A DNA stretch of 64,000 bases from Desulfomonilia bacterium (GCA_050014195.1 JBEKDT010000014.1:75967-139966), one strand, 5' to 3'. Shown: positions 18,974 through 29,932, counted from the first letter of the stretch. Made by a program: numbers and translations. The notes: generated by a model not told the origin, from the letters alone.

Positions 18974-21900
18974 AGGTTTTTCGAGCACATATACTTGTCT
19001 GCGGCGGTACAGGGTGCCATGCCACGGGCAGTGAAGATGTCCATAAAGCTATTGTCCAGGAGCTGGCTGCAAAGAATCTCTCAAACGAAGTAACCGTGGT
19101 GGAAACAGGCTGCAACGGGTTCTGCGCAGCAGGCCCCATCATGGTCATGTATCCGGAAGGAACGTTCTACCAGTATGTGAAGGCCCTTGACGTCCCCGAA
19201 ATCATCGAGGAACACATCGTCAAAGGCAGGCCGGTCAAGAGGCTCATGTACAAGGAGCCCACCACCGAAACGCCCATCCCCCACATGCTGGACATCCCGT
19301 TCTTCGGCAAGCAGAAGCTCATTGTCCTGAAGAACAGGGGTCTCATCGATGCCGAGAAGATCGATGAATACATTGCGCGCAACGGCTATATGGGCGCGGC
19401 CAAGGCCCTGACCGAGATGAGCAGGGAACAGGTCATCGAAGAGGTAAAGAAATCCGGTCTTCGCGGCCGTGGGGGCGGAGGGTTCCCCACCGGTATGAAG
19501 TGGTCCTTTGCAAGCAAGGCAAAAAGCGATGTAAAATATATCCTCTGCAACGCCGACGAGGGCGACCCGGGCGCATTCATGGACAGATCCGTCCTTGAGG
19601 CCGACCCCCATGCCGTGCTTGAAGGCATGATCATCGGCGGCTACTCCATCGGCGCCAACGAAGGCTACATTTACTGCCGTGCCGAGTACCCGCTCGCCAT
19701 CAAACGGCTGACAATTGCCATCAACCAAGCCAGGGAATACGGGCTGCTCGGAGAAAACATCCTGGGCTCGGGCTACAGCCTGGACATCCATATCTACCAG
19801 GGCGCAGGAGCGTTCGTATGCGGCGAAGAGACGGCTCTCATGAACTCCATCGAGGGCAAGCGCGGCATGCCGCGCCCCCGCCCTCCGTTCCCTGCGAGCA
19901 AGGGCCTGTGGCAGAAGCCATCGGTCTTGAACAACGTTGAGACCTTTGCAAACATCTCACAGATCATCCTCAATGGCGGCGAATGGTATGCCTCCATGGG
20001 TACCGAGCGCTCCAAGGGCACCAAGGTGTTCGCCCTGACCGGAGCAGTCAACAACGTCGGTCTGGTGGAAGTCCCCATGGGTACCTCCATCGGCGAGATC
20101 ATCTTCGACATCGGCGGCGGTATCAGGAACGGCAAGCAGTACAAGGCCGCCCAGCTCGGCGGTCCGTCCGGCGGCTGTATACCGGCAGAGGCGCTCAACA
20201 CCCCCACCGATTATGAAGAGATCATCAAGCTCGGCGCCATCATGGGCTCCGGCGGGTTGATCGTCATGGACGAGGACACCTGCATGGTGGACACGGCAAA
20301 GTTCTTCATGGAATTCTGCCAGGAAGAGTCCTGCGGCAAGTGCACCCCGTGCCGTGAAGGCACCAAGCGCATGCTTGAGATCCTCCAGCGGATCTGCCAC
20401 GGCGAGGGCAAGGAAGGCGACATCGAGCTCCTGGAAGACCTGGCGGCAGTTATCAAAGACTCTGCCCTGTGCGGACTCGGCCAGACGGCGCCGAACCCGG
20501 TTCTGTCGACCATAAAATATTTCAGGCACGAGTATGAAGCCCATATCTACGACAAGAAGTGTCCGGCAGTCGTCTGCTCGAAACTGTTCAAGTCCCCCTG
20601 TCAGCACGCATGCCCCATCGAGATGGACGTGCCCTCATACATGGCACTCGTCAGGGCAGGCAGATTGGCAGATGCATTCAAGGTCATGAAGCGGACCAAC
20701 CCGTTCCCCGGTGTGTGCGGCAGGGTCTGCCCGCAGTTCTGCGCCAACAAGTGCCGCAGGGGCCAGCTCGATGAGCCCATGGCCATTGCATGGATCAAGC
20801 GCTATATCGCAGACAATGCCAAGAGACCAAAGATAGACGCAGTCCCGGTAACAAGGAAAGAGAAGGTCGCGGTCATCGGAGCAGGGCCTGCAGGCCTTAC
20901 TGCCGCACAGGATCTGTGCATGAGGGGATACAAGGTCACGGTGTTCGAGGAACTGCCCTTTGCCGGCGGCATGATGCGCTACGCCATCCCCGAGTACCGC
21001 ATGCCGAGGGACATCATCGAGCAGGAAGTTGCTGATATCCGCGCTCTCGGTGTTGATATAAAGACCAATACCAGGGTAGGCAAGGACATCAGCTTTGATC
21101 AGGTCCGAAAGGATTTCGACATAACCGTGATAACAGTCGGTGCGCACAAGAGCACAAGGCTCAACATAGAGGGTGAAGAACTCTCGGGTGTCTGGGGAGC
21201 GGTGGAATTCCTCCGCGAGGTCAACCTGGGCAAAAAGGTGAACCTGGGTTCGAAGGTGGCTATCGTAGGCGGCGGCAACTCCGCCATCGACGCGGCCCGC
21301 ACCGCCATCCGCCTCGGCGCAAAGGACGTCACCATCCTCTACCGACGCGAGCGCAAAGACATGCCCGCATGGGAGAACGAGATTGTGGCAGCCGAACATG
21401 AAGGCGTCAAGATCATGTACCTGGTTGCCCCGACCAAACTCATCGGCAAGGGCGACAAACTCGCCGGTGTCGAGTGCCAGCGCATGAAGCTGGGTGAGTT
21501 CGACCGTTCCGGCAGGCGCAAACCGACAGCTATTGCCGGCAGCGAGTTCGTGCTCTCTATAGACACCATAGTCCCGGCCATCTCCCAGAGCACCGATGCA
21601 TCTTTCATCGCTGCAGGCTCGGATGTGAACCTGGACAAGTGGGGCGGAATACAGGCCACAGGCAAGGCAAAGAACAAGACCACTGCAGACAACGTATTCA
21701 TAGCAGGCGACGCGGCAAGCGGCCCGGCCACCGTGGTGGAGGCCATCGCCATGGGTCACAAGACGGCCGATGATGTCGACGGCTTTATCCGCGCCAAAAA
21801 CAACGAACCTGCCTACAGGATACCGCCCGATGAAGTCATCGAGATCCCCTTCGAGGTGGATGAAGAGGTCATCGAGAGCCCAAAGGCCAAGATGCCCGAG

Positions 21901-22011
21901 CTCAAGAAGTCAGAGCGCATGATCAGCTTCAAAGAGGTGGAACTGGGTTATTCCAAGAAGACTGCCTACAAAGAGGCCTGCAGGTGCCTGCGCTGCGATG
22001 CAGAGCTCTAG
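18970..22011 (+). CDS. hydB: HydB (NuoF-like) fused to a GltD/NfnB-like FAD/NAD(P)H oxidoreductase module
   Basis: GLRGRGGGGFP, NADEGDPGAFMD, GGPSGG, ESCGKCTPCREG; then CGRVCP, GAGPAGL, GGGNSAID. Confidence 0.88.
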   Translation: MKVFRAHILVCGGTGCHATGSEDVHKAIVQELAAKNLSNEVTVVETGCNGFCAAGPIMVMYPEGTFYQYVKALDVPEIIEEHIVKGRPVKRLMYKEPTTETPIPHMLDIPFFGKQKLIVLKNRGLIDAEKIDEYIARNGYMGAAKALTEMSREQVIEEVKKSGLRGRGGGGFPTGMKWSFASKAKSDVKYILCNADEGDPGAFMDRSVLEADPHAVLEGMIIGGYSIGANEGYIYCRAEYPLAIKRLTIAINQAREYGLLGENILGSGYSLDIHIYQGAGAFVCGEETALMNSIEGKRGMPRPRPPFPASKGLWQKPSVLNNVETFANISQIILNGGEWYASMGTERSKGTKVFALTGAVNNVGLVEVPMGTSIGEIIFDIGGGIRNGKQYKAAQLGGPSGGCIPAEALNTPTDYEEIIKLGAIMGSGGLIVMDEDTCMVDTAKFFMEFCQEESCGKCTPCREGTKRMLEILQRICHGEGKEGDIELLEDLAAVIKDSALCGLGQTAPNPVLSTIKYFRHEYEAHIYDKKCPAVVCSKLFKSPCQHACPIEMDVPSYMALVRAGRLADAFKVMKRTNPFPGVCGRVCPQFCANKCRRGQLDEPMAIAWIKRYIADNAKRPKIDAVPVTRKEKVAVIGAGPAGLTAAQDLCMRGYKVTVFEELPFAGGMMRYAIPEYRMPRDIIEQEVADIRALGVDIKTNTRVGKDISFDQVRKDFDITVITVGAHKSTRLNIEGEELSGVWGAVEFLREVNLGKKVNLGSKVAIVGGGNSAIDAARTAIRLGAKDVTILYRRERKDMPAWENEIVAAEHEGVKIMYLVAPTKLIGKGDKLAGVECQRMKLGEFDRSGRRKPTAIAGSEFVLSIDTIVPAISQSTDASFIAAGSDVNLDKWGGIQATGKAKNKTTADNVFIAGDAASGPATVVEAIAMGHKTADDVDGFIRAKNNEPAYRIPPDEVIEIPFEVDEEVIESPKAKMPELKKSERMISFKEVELGYSKKTAYKEACRCLRCDAEL

Positions 22012-22035
22012 GGTGAAACGACAGGAGAGACGGTA

Positions 22036-23802
22036 ATGGTTAATCTGACAATTGATAAGATAAAGGTTAGCGTGGAAGAGGGCAGCACCATTTTAGAGGC
22101 TGCCAAGACCGTGGGTATTCATATCCCCACGCTGTGTGCATGGACCGAAATAGGCCATACACCGGGCGCCTGCAGGGTTTGCCTGTGCGAGGTGGAAGGC
22201 CAGAGAAACCTGGTTGCTTCCTGCGTGTTCCCGGTGGCAGAAGGCATGATCGTGAAGAGCACCACCGAGCGCGTAAGACATGCCCGGAAGCTCAATGTCG
22301 AGCTGCTTCTGGCGAACCACCCTACGGATTGCAACATCTGCATCCGTAACGGCAACTGCGAGCTTCAGAATGTAGCCGAAGCGGTGGGTCTGCGCAAAGT
22401 ACGCTTCGAGTACCCGCAGGACAAGGAAAAAAAGCTCGACACGAGCAGCCCGGCCATTGTGCGCGATCCCAGCAAGTGCATCAAGTGCTACCGCTGCGTG
22501 ACCGTGTGCGAAAGCATTCAGACCGCCAATGTCCTGCAGCCCTCATTCCGGGGCGACAAGGTATTCATCGGCCCGCCGTTCGACATGCCCCTGATCGAGA
22601 CCAACTGCACCATGTGCGGCCAGTGCGTGGTTGCATGCCCGGTGGGTGCGCTCTATGAAAAGGACGACACCGAGGCGGTCTGGGCCGCACTGCAGGACCC
22701 CACAAAACACGTGGTAGTCCAGGAAGCACCTGCCATCCGCGCCGCGCTGGGTGAAGAGTTCGGCCTGCCCGTAGGCACGCTTGTGACCGGTAAGATGATC
22801 TCGGCGCTCAAGCGGCTGGGATTCGATAAGGTGTTCGATACAAACTTCACCGCCGACCTCACCATCATCGAGGAAGGCAATGAGCTGCTGCAGCGGGTGA
22901 AAGAGGGCGGCAAGCTGCCCATGATCACCTCCTGCTCACCAGGCTGGATCAAGTTCTGCGAGCACTTCTACCCGGACCTGCTCGACAACCTCTCCACCTG
23001 CAAATCCCCGCAGCAGATGCTGGGCGCATTGGCCAAGAGTTATTACGCAAAGGTGGCGGGCATAGACCCCAAGGATATCACGGTGGTCTCCATAATGCCC
23101 TGCACAGCCAAGAAGTTTGAGTGTGCCCGCGATGAGATGAACGACAGTGGTTACCAGGATGTCGACTATGTTCTCACCACCCGAGAGCTCGCACGCATGA
23201 TCAAGCAGGCAGGCATCGACTTTATTAACCTGGCCGATGGCGACTATGACAACCCGCTGGGCGAGTACACCGGTGCAGGCACTATCTTCGGTGCAACAGG
23301 CGGCGTTATGGAAGCAGCCCTGAGGACAGTGTATGCAGTGGTGACCGGCCAGAACCTCGAAGACCTCAACGTCACCCCGGTTCGCGGTCTTGAAGGCGTG
23401 AAAGAGGCTGCCGTGAACGTCGGTCCTCTGGGCGAGGTGAAGGTGGCCGTTGCCCACGGGCTCAGCAATGCCCGGAAGCTCATGGACAAGGTGCGCGAGG
23501 GCACTGCAAACTATGCGTTCATCGAGGTCATGTGCTGCCCAGGCGGTTGCATAGCAGGCGGAGGACAGCCCATCCCGCCCAGCAATGAGATCAGGATGAA
23601 GAGGGCGGCAGCCCTGTACCAGGACGACGGTGCAGTCCAGAAATTCCGCCAGTCCCATGAAAACCCATCCGTCAAGAGGATCTATGAGGTCTTCCTTGAG
23701 AAGCCTCTCGGGCACAAGTCACACGAGCTGCTCCACACCCATTATGTGAAACGGGGAACAGACATGCCCCACAAGAAGCAGGGAGTGAAAAAATCAACTT
23801 AA
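22036..23802 (+). CDS. hydA: [FeFe] hydrogenase catalytic subunit, group A3
   Basis: H-cluster motifs TSCSPGW, MPCTAKKFE, EVMCCPGGCIAGGGQP; N-terminal FeS clusters. Confidence 0.95.
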   Translation: MVNLTIDKIKVSVEEGSTILEAAKTVGIHIPTLCAWTEIGHTPGACRVCLCEVEGQRNLVASCVFPVAEGMIVKSTTERVRHARKLNVELLLANHPTDCNICIRNGNCELQNVAEAVGLRKVRFEYPQDKEKKLDTSSPAIVRDPSKCIKCYRCVTVCESIQTANVLQPSFRGDKVFIGPPFDMPLIETNCTMCGQCVVACPVGALYEKDDTEAVWAALQDPTKHVVVQEAPAIRAALGEEFGLPVGTLVTGKMISALKRLGFDKVFDTNFTADLTIIEEGNELLQRVKEGGKLPMITSCSPGWIKFCEHFYPDLLDNLSTCKSPQQMLGALAKSYYAKVAGIDPKDITVVSIMPCTAKKFECARDEMNDSGYQDVDYVLTTRELARMIKQAGIDFINLADGDYDNPLGEYTGAGTIFGATGGVMEAALRTVYAVVTGQNLEDLNVTPVRGLEGVKEAAVNVGPLGEVKVAVAHGLSNARKLMDKVREGTANYAFIEVMCCPGGCIAGGGQPIPPSNEIRMKRAAALYQDDGAVQKFRQSHENPSVKRIYEVFLEKPLGHKSHELLHTHYVKRGTDMPHKKQGVKKST

Positions 23803-23872
23803 GAAAGTAACCATCAAGCAACCTGCGAGGGAGGTCTTAAGGACTGACCTTGAGGGTATAAGAAGGACTCTC

Positions 23873-23913
23873 AAAAGGGCCTTTACCCTATCTCGCGGGT
23901 AAAGGCCCTTTTT
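23873..23913 (+). terminator. Intrinsic terminator after hydA
   Basis: AAAAGGGCCTTTACCC...GGGTAAAGGCCCTTTTT. Confidence 0.75.
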
Positions 23914-23930
23914 CATGCAGGAGAATACAC

Positions 23931-24188
23931 ATGGAAGAAAAGTCGCGGAGAATCGGTGTGGTGAGTATTATCATCCATAAGAGAAAAGAGACAGCGATGA
24001 AGGTGAATGAAATATTGACCCAATACGGCGAGTGCATCATCGGCCGTATGGGTATTCCCTATGAACCGAAAGGAATCAACATCATTGCACTCATCATTCA
24101 CGGCACCACCGACGATATCGGGGCCTTGACAGGCAAGCTCGGATCACTGCCGGAGGTTGAGGTCAAATCGGTCCTGACAAAGGCATGA
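23931..24188 (+). CDS. TM1266-family iron-only hydrogenase system regulator
   Basis: IIGRMGIPY...IGALTGKLG motif; precedes hydG. Confidence 0.85.
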   Translation: MEEKSRRIGVVSIIIHKRKETAMKVNEILTQYGECIIGRMGIPYEPKGINIIALIIHGTTDDIGALTGKLGSLPEVEVKSVLTKA

Positions 24189-24198
24189 GGAGGAAACC

Positions 24199-25593
24199 AT
24201 GCAGGATTTCATCAACGATACACTCATACAAGAAACGCTGGAGCATGCAAAGAACCCTACAAAAGACAGGGTGATGGAGATCATCAACAAGGCGCATGAG
24301 CTTCACGGGCTCTCCCCTGATGAGGTGGCGGGTCTGCTCCAAACCGAAGATCAGGACCTCATCGAAGAGATCTATACGACTGCGAGATCCATCAAGCGGA
24401 GCATCTACGGCAACCGTCTCGTGCTCTTCGCCCCGCTGTACATCTCCAACTACTGCTCAAACAACTGTCTCTACTGCGGCTTCCGGAGAGACAACAAGGA
24501 GCTGAAGCGCAGGGCGCTGACCATGGATGAGATCGCCGACGAGGTGAGGACGCTGGAGAGGGAAGGGCACAAGCGGCTGCTGATGCTCTGCGGTGAAAAC
24601 CATAAGAAGAGTTCCATGGATTACTTCATCGAGGCCATCGAGACGGCATACGCCACGACCACCGAACATGGCGGGGAGATACGGCGCATCAACGTTGAGA
24701 TCGCACCCCAGAGTGTGGAAGACTTCCAGAGGCTCAAGGCTGCCAAGATAGGGACTTACGTACTTTTCCAGGAAACGTATCATCATGCAACTTACAAAAA
24801 GATGCACCCGAGCGGTCCCAAGGCCGACTTCACCTGGAGGGTGACCGCTCAGGACAGGGCCATGGAGGGCGGTATCAATGATGTGGGTATCGGCGCGCTC
24901 TTCGGATTATATGATTACAAATATGAAGTGTTGGGACTGCTTCACCATGCCCTGCACCTTGAAGAGGTCTACGGCGTGGGACCTCACACCATTTCGATAC
25001 CCAGGCTGGAGCCGGCCTTGAACGCACCTGCCGCCATCACACCGCCCATGCCCGTACCCGATGATGAATTCAAGAAAATGGTTGCCATCATCCGGCTTGC
25101 AGTCCCCTACACCGGCATGATCCTTTCCACGAGAGAGCGGCCCGAGCTCAGGAGCGAGGTGTTCGATCTGGGCATCTCCCAGATAAGCGCAGGCTCCCGC
25201 ACCAATCCCGGCGGTTACAAGGAGGATGGACCCGACGGGTTCAGGGCGGCCCAGTTCAACTTGGGCGACACCCGGACCCTTGATGAAGTGATCTACGACA
25301 TCACCACCCACGGACACATCCCGAGTTTCTGCACCGCCTGCTATCGGCTCGGAAGGGTGGGCGAGGACTTTATGGACCTGGCAAAGCCGGGGCTCATCCA
25401 GAAATTCTGCCGGACCAATGCCATTTTAACCTTCAAGGAATATCTCGAAGACTATGCGTCCGCACAGACGAAAGAAGCAGGGAAGAATCTTATCCATCAG
25501 CTCTTGAGGGAGACAGATGATGTAAAGGTGAAGGATCTGCTGCAAGACCGCCTCGAAAAGATTGAACATGGACAGCATGACCTGTACATCTGA
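24199..25593 (+). CDS. hydG: [FeFe] hydrogenase maturase HydG
   Basis: LFAPLYISNYCSNNCLYCGF; C-terminal SFCTACYR...C. Confidence 0.95.
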   Translation: MQDFINDTLIQETLEHAKNPTKDRVMEIINKAHELHGLSPDEVAGLLQTEDQDLIEEIYTTARSIKRSIYGNRLVLFAPLYISNYCSNNCLYCGFRRDNKELKRRALTMDEIADEVRTLEREGHKRLLMLCGENHKKSSMDYFIEAIETAYATTTEHGGEIRRINVEIAPQSVEDFQRLKAAKIGTYVLFQETYHHATYKKMHPSGPKADFTWRVTAQDRAMEGGINDVGIGALFGLYDYKYEVLGLLHHALHLEEVYGVGPHTISIPRLEPALNAPAAITPPMPVPDDEFKKMVAIIRLAVPYTGMILSTRERPELRSEVFDLGISQISAGSRTNPGGYKEDGPDGFRAAQFNLGDTRTLDEVIYDITTHGHIPSFCTACYRLGRVGEDFMDLAKPGLIQKFCRTNAILTFKEYLEDYASAQTKEAGKNLIHQLLRETDDVKVKDLLQDRLEKIEHGQHDLYI

Positions 25594-26632
25594 TACTGCT
25601 CAAGGAATGATCTTGAGGGCTGAGCACGGCCATGAGCTTAATCGTGGTAAGATCATAGAGCTCTTGTCATTGAATGACCCTGCGGACATGGATGTCCTCT
25701 TTCAGGCCGCAGACCGCGTCCGCAAGGAATATGTGGGCGATGAGATATTCTTAAGGGGCATCATCGAGTTCTCCAATTACTGCAGGAACAACTGCCTCTA
25801 CTGCGGCCTGCGCAGTGACAATTTCGATACAGAGCGTTATCGCATGGATGATGATGAGATCCTTGGCCTTGCCAGGGCCATTGAGCGAAGGGAATGCGGC
25901 ACGGTTGTCCTGCAGTCGGGTGAAGACCCGTACTATACCAAAGATCGCATGTGCGGGATCATATCCCGGATCAAGGATGAGACTGCATTGACCGTAACCC
26001 TCTCGCTGGGGCAACGATCATATGAAGACCTTAAGGCCTTCAGGCAGGCCGGTGCCGAGCGCTACCTGCTCAGGCATGAAACGGCATCCCCAAAGCTGTA
26101 TGCCTCCCTGTGCCCGGGCAGGACACTCGATGAAAGGATTCAGTGCCTGCGGTGGCTCAGAGAGTTTGATTATGAAGTGGGCTCGGGATGCATGGTTGGG
26201 CTGCCGGGCCAGACCGTGGAAGACCTTGCAGATGACGTGCTCCTGATAAAAGAGCTTAATGCGGACATGATCGGCATCGGGCCTTTCATTCCCCATGAGC
26301 ATACCCCTTTGAGAAAGCATCTCCCAGGGGATACGCTCCAGGTGCTCAAGCTGCTGGCTGTGATCCGCCTGGTTACCAGGGACACCAACATCCCATCCAC
26401 AACGGCACTCGGGGTACTGGATGCCCGGAGCAGAAAAAAGGCATTCCAGGCAGGTGCGAACATCTTCATGCCCGTATTCACGCCCCAGGATTATGCGGAG
26501 CGTTATGATCTCTACCCGGGCAAGGGCGATGTGAAGAAGGCCGACGGTGCGATCCTGGACTTCAAGGCCTTCTTCGACTCCATCGGAAGACCTATCGGAA
26601 AAGGTCCGGGGGGCAGGAGGAGTCATAGGTAG
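25562..26632 (+). CDS. hydE: [FeFe] hydrogenase maturase HydE (true start may be ~25607)
   Basis: RGIIEFSNYCRNNCLYCGLR, GIGPFIPH, YDLYPGK. Confidence 0.9.
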   Translation: MNMDSMTCTSDTAQGMILRAEHGHELNRGKIIELLSLNDPADMDVLFQAADRVRKEYVGDEIFLRGIIEFSNYCRNNCLYCGLRSDNFDTERYRMDDDEILGLARAIERRECGTVVLQSGEDPYYTKDRMCGIISRIKDETALTVTLSLGQRSYEDLKAFRQAGAERYLLRHETASPKLYASLCPGRTLDERIQCLRWLREFDYEVGSGCMVGLPGQTVEDLADDVLLIKELNADMIGIGPFIPHEHTPLRKHLPGDTLQVLKLLAVIRLVTRDTNIPSTTALGVLDARSRKKAFQAGANIFMPVFTPQDYAERYDLYPGKGDVKKADGAILDFKAFFDSIGRPIGKGPGGRRSHR

Positions 26633-26701
26633 GAGATAACTTCAGAACGATAAAGGAAAGATGAGTAAGATAGTCTCAAAAAATAAATGGTAGAATTTAT
26701 G

Positions 26702-26744
26702 TCCCCTCGCCCCTCTTTGAGGGGAGAGGGACAGGGTGAGGGGT
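26702..26744. repeat. REP-like palindromic element
   Basis: TCCCCTCGCCCCTC...GGGGAGAGGGACAGGGTGAGGGG, a widespread intergenic repeat type. Confidence 0.55.
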
Positions 26745-26784
26745 GCATTGAAACCCACTAAAGAACCAACAATTCATTCCAGAG

Positions 26785-28179
26785 GTGAGTGTGAGAAAAG
26801 AACACGATTCGCTTGGAAGCTTTGACATACCGGACGATTGCCTCTACGGCGTGCATACCGCCAGGGCGCTTGAAAATTTCGGCGAGATCGGGGATAGGCA
26901 CGACCCGCTCTTTGTGAAGGCCTACCTGCTGATCAAGAAGGCGGCGGTGCTTGCGAATGCAGAGCTTGGTTTCCTCGAAAAAGAAAAGGCCCATGCAATC
27001 ATACGTGCTATCGATGAAATGCTCACCCGGGAAAGCCTCGAAGACATCGTGGTCAACCCCATAAGCGGCGGGGCAGGGACATCGCTCAATATGAACGTGA
27101 ACGAGGTCATCGCCAACAGGGCCCTTGAGTCGGCCGGGAGAGAAAAGGGAGATTACGGGTATATCCACCCCATTGATCACGTGAACATGCACCAGTCCAC
27201 CAATGACACATACCCCTCGGCGTGTAAGGTTGCGATGCTCATGCATCTGGACAAGCTGGAAGATGCACTTATCAAGCTGCAGAAGGCACTCCAGGAAAAG
27301 GAGAGGGCCTTTACCGGAATCCTCAAACTGGGCCGCACCGAGCTCCAGGATGCATTGCCAATAACTGCGGGCATGCAGTTCGCCGCTTATGCCGAGGCCA
27401 TAGCCAGAGACCGGTGGAGGATCTTCAAGGCACGCGAACGCATCAAGGTGCTCAACATAGGAGGTACAGCCATCGGCACAGGTTTCAATGCGCCCCAGAG
27501 ATACATATTCCTGGTGATCGAGAAACTCAAGGAGCTCACAGGCCTTGCCATCAGCCGCTCCGAGAACATGGTGGATGCCACCCAGAATCTGGATGCCATC
27601 GTCGAGGTATCGGGCCTGGTCAAGACCTGTGCAGTGAACCTCATGAAGATATCCGAAGACCTGCGGCTCCTGTCATCGGGGCCTTCAGGGGGTATCGGCG
27701 AGGTGATCCTCCCTGCCCGGCAGGAGGGCTCATCCATCATGCCGGGCAAGGTCAACCCGGTCATGTGCGAGTTCGCCACACAGATCGGCCTTGTCATCTT
27801 AGCGTATGACAATACCATCGCACAGGCAGCGGCCCTGGGCAACCTGGAGCTGAACCAGTTTTTCCCGCTGGTTTCCTACCTTGTCCTGAAAAGTATGTCG
27901 CTCTTGAGGCTCGCCCTTATCAAGTTCGAGGACAAGGTCATCAAGGGATTGACCTTGAACAGGGAGAAGATCGATGCGAACCTGAATGATTCGGTAGCGA
28001 TCCTGACCTATCTCTCCCAGTACATCGGGCACGATGCAGCAGCGCGCATCTACCTGATAGTGAAAATCGACAAGAGGACATTGAAGCAGATCATACTGGA
28101 CGAAAAAGTCATGACCGAACAGCAGTATGACGAGCTGGTCTCACCCGAGATGATCCGCATGATGGGGTATAAGAAATGA
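26785..28179 (+). CDS. aspA: Aspartate ammonia-lyase
   Basis: GAGTSLNMNVNEVIANRA, QSTNDTYP, GSSIMPGKVNP. Confidence 0.88.
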   Translation: MSVRKEHDSLGSFDIPDDCLYGVHTARALENFGEIGDRHDPLFVKAYLLIKKAAVLANAELGFLEKEKAHAIIRAIDEMLTRESLEDIVVNPISGGAGTSLNMNVNEVIANRALESAGREKGDYGYIHPIDHVNMHQSTNDTYPSACKVAMLMHLDKLEDALIKLQKALQEKERAFTGILKLGRTELQDALPITAGMQFAAYAEAIARDRWRIFKARERIKVLNIGGTAIGTGFNAPQRYIFLVIEKLKELTGLAISRSENMVDATQNLDAIVEVSGLVKTCAVNLMKISEDLRLLSSGPSGGIGEVILPARQEGSSIMPGKVNPVMCEFATQIGLVILAYDNTIAQAAALGNLELNQFFPLVSYLVLKSMSLLRLALIKFEDKVIKGLTLNREKIDANLNDSVAILTYLSQYIGHDAAARIYLIVKIDKRTLKQIILDEKVMTEQQYDELVSPEMIRMMGYKK

Positions 28180-29396
28180 ACGCCACACCGATAGCCAACA
28201 GGCTGCACATAGGCATCTTCGGCAAGCGCAACGCAGGCAAATCATCTTTCATCAATGCGTTAACCGGTCAGAGCGTTTCCATCGTCTCGCCCGTAGCAGG
28301 CACCACCACCGATCCCGTAGGCAAGGCCATGGAGATCCATGGTATTGGCCCTGTCTATATCTATGATACGGCTGGAATAGACGACACTGGCGATCTCGGA
28401 GAGATGCGGGTGGATCGTACCAAGGCCATCATGGGCAAGATCAACCTTGCCGTGGTGATAAGCACCTCTGCAGACTTTGACGAGGCCGACAAAGCCCTTC
28501 TGGACGAGCTCAAGGCGCGGGGAGCCAAATCTCTTCTTGTATTCAACAAGATAGACCTCTTTCCAATAGATGAGGGCGTTGCTGACAGCCTGAAGGTTGA
28601 CAAGATCCCCTTTACCGCCGTGAGCTGTCTCACCGGAGAGAACATAGGCCAGGCACGCAATCGCATGGTGGAGATCGCAAAGACCCTTCAGGCCGAGCGA
28701 TCAACAATAGTAGGCGACATCATCGACCACGGAGAGCTGGTGCTCCTGGTGGTGCCCATCGACCTGGGTGCGCCCAAGGGCAGGCTCATCCTGCCCCAGG
28801 TGCAGGTCATCAGGGATATACTGGACAACGACGCCGTGGCCATGGTGGTCAAGGAGCGCGAGATCGAATACATCCTGAGCAGCCTCAAGACCCCGCCGGG
28901 CCTTGTCATCTGCGATTCCCAGGTGGTCCTGAAGGTCTCGGGCGATCTGCCGCCGGGTACAAAGCTCACCACCTTTTCCATCCTGTTCTCCAGGCTCAAG
29001 GGCGATCTGGCCAAATTCGTCACAGGGGTCAAGGCCATCGATACGCTTCATGACGGCGACAAGGTGCTCATCTGCGAGGCATGCACCCACCACCCCCTGC
29101 CGGATGACATCGGCCGCGTCAAGATACCCAGGTGGGTAAAGATCTACACCGGCAAGGATATCACCTTTGACGTCCATGCCGGCCCTATCCTGGACAGGGA
29201 CATCTCGGAATACCGGCTCATCATCCAGTGCGGCGGGTGCATGATAAACCGCAAGGAGATGCTCGGCAGGATCAGGGATGCGAATGATAAAAGCATTCCT
29301 ATGACCAATTATGGGGTGGCCATCTCCTATGTGCACGGGGTTCTTAGGAAGGCACTGTCGCCATTTCCGTATGAGCAAAGCCTATTGAATGACTGA
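28176..29396 (+). CDS. hydF: [FeFe] hydrogenase maturation GTPase HydF
   Basis: GKRNAGKSS, EACTHH, QCGGCM. Confidence 0.95.
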   Translation: MNATPIANRLHIGIFGKRNAGKSSFINALTGQSVSIVSPVAGTTTDPVGKAMEIHGIGPVYIYDTAGIDDTGDLGEMRVDRTKAIMGKINLAVVISTSADFDEADKALLDELKARGAKSLLVFNKIDLFPIDEGVADSLKVDKIPFTAVSCLTGENIGQARNRMVEIAKTLQAERSTIVGDIIDHGELVLLVVPIDLGAPKGRLILPQVQVIRDILDNDAVAMVVKEREIEYILSSLKTPPGLVICDSQVVLKVSGDLPPGTKLTTFSILFSRLKGDLAKFVTGVKAIDTLHDGDKVLICEACTHHPLPDDIGRVKIPRWVKIYTGKDITFDVHAGPILDRDISEYRLIIQCGGCMINRKEMLGRIRDANDKSIPMTNYGVAISYVHGVLRKALSPFPYEQSLLND

Positions 29397-29708
29397 TGGT
29401 ACGAGTATCCGTATTGTTCATAAATCCGGTTCAAGCATAGTTTTCAGTTGAAAGAGCGTGATAAGGAAATGCTCCATTGCATAGATCTCATCTGAAGACC
29501 TGCAATAATCTAGTCCCTTAAAAATTAAACAGTTATCGCAGTAATGTTCACTACAAGTATAGCGATGATTTTGAGTTATAATCTATGGTGAGAGTTATTC
29601 AAACCTGCCATTGGGTCTGGCACAATATCTACATTTTGAGGAAAATAAAATAAGCGCTTATACTGTATGGATTATTCTTATGAATGGTTGTCAAGTTTAA
29701 CCAATGAC

Positions 29709-29806
29709 TGTCGGTAAAGTTAACAATTAATCCATAATGATATACTCTAATAAATTCAAAGAGATCATTATAGTTAAACAAAAATGACCTGTCGAATTAT
29801 TTAACA
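29709..29806. promoter_or_regulatory. Two TGT-N11-ACA enhancer-type boxes upstream of the PEP-CTERM gene
   Basis: TGTcggtaaagttaACA (29709-29725) and TGTcgaattatttaACA (29790-29806). Confidence 0.55.
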
Positions 29807-29916
29807 ACTTCTTCTCTGTAAATTGCTCCATGTCAAGAATTTAGCCGCAATACTGAGAGGCTAATAAATAGTGATTCTTAGTGGTTATGCAGTGAAAATA
29901 CTTCCAAGGATACTTC

Positions 29917-29932
29917 TGGTATAATTCTTGCT
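29917..29932 (+). promoter_or_regulatory. Sigma-54 -24/-12 promoter
   Basis: TGGTATAATTCTTGCT with correct GG-N10-GC spacing. Confidence 0.6.

Noticed and set aside
26785-28179. aspA inside the hydrogenase maturation operon as a novelty
   Set aside because: Co-location of ammonia-lyases with hydEFG is already a known pattern.
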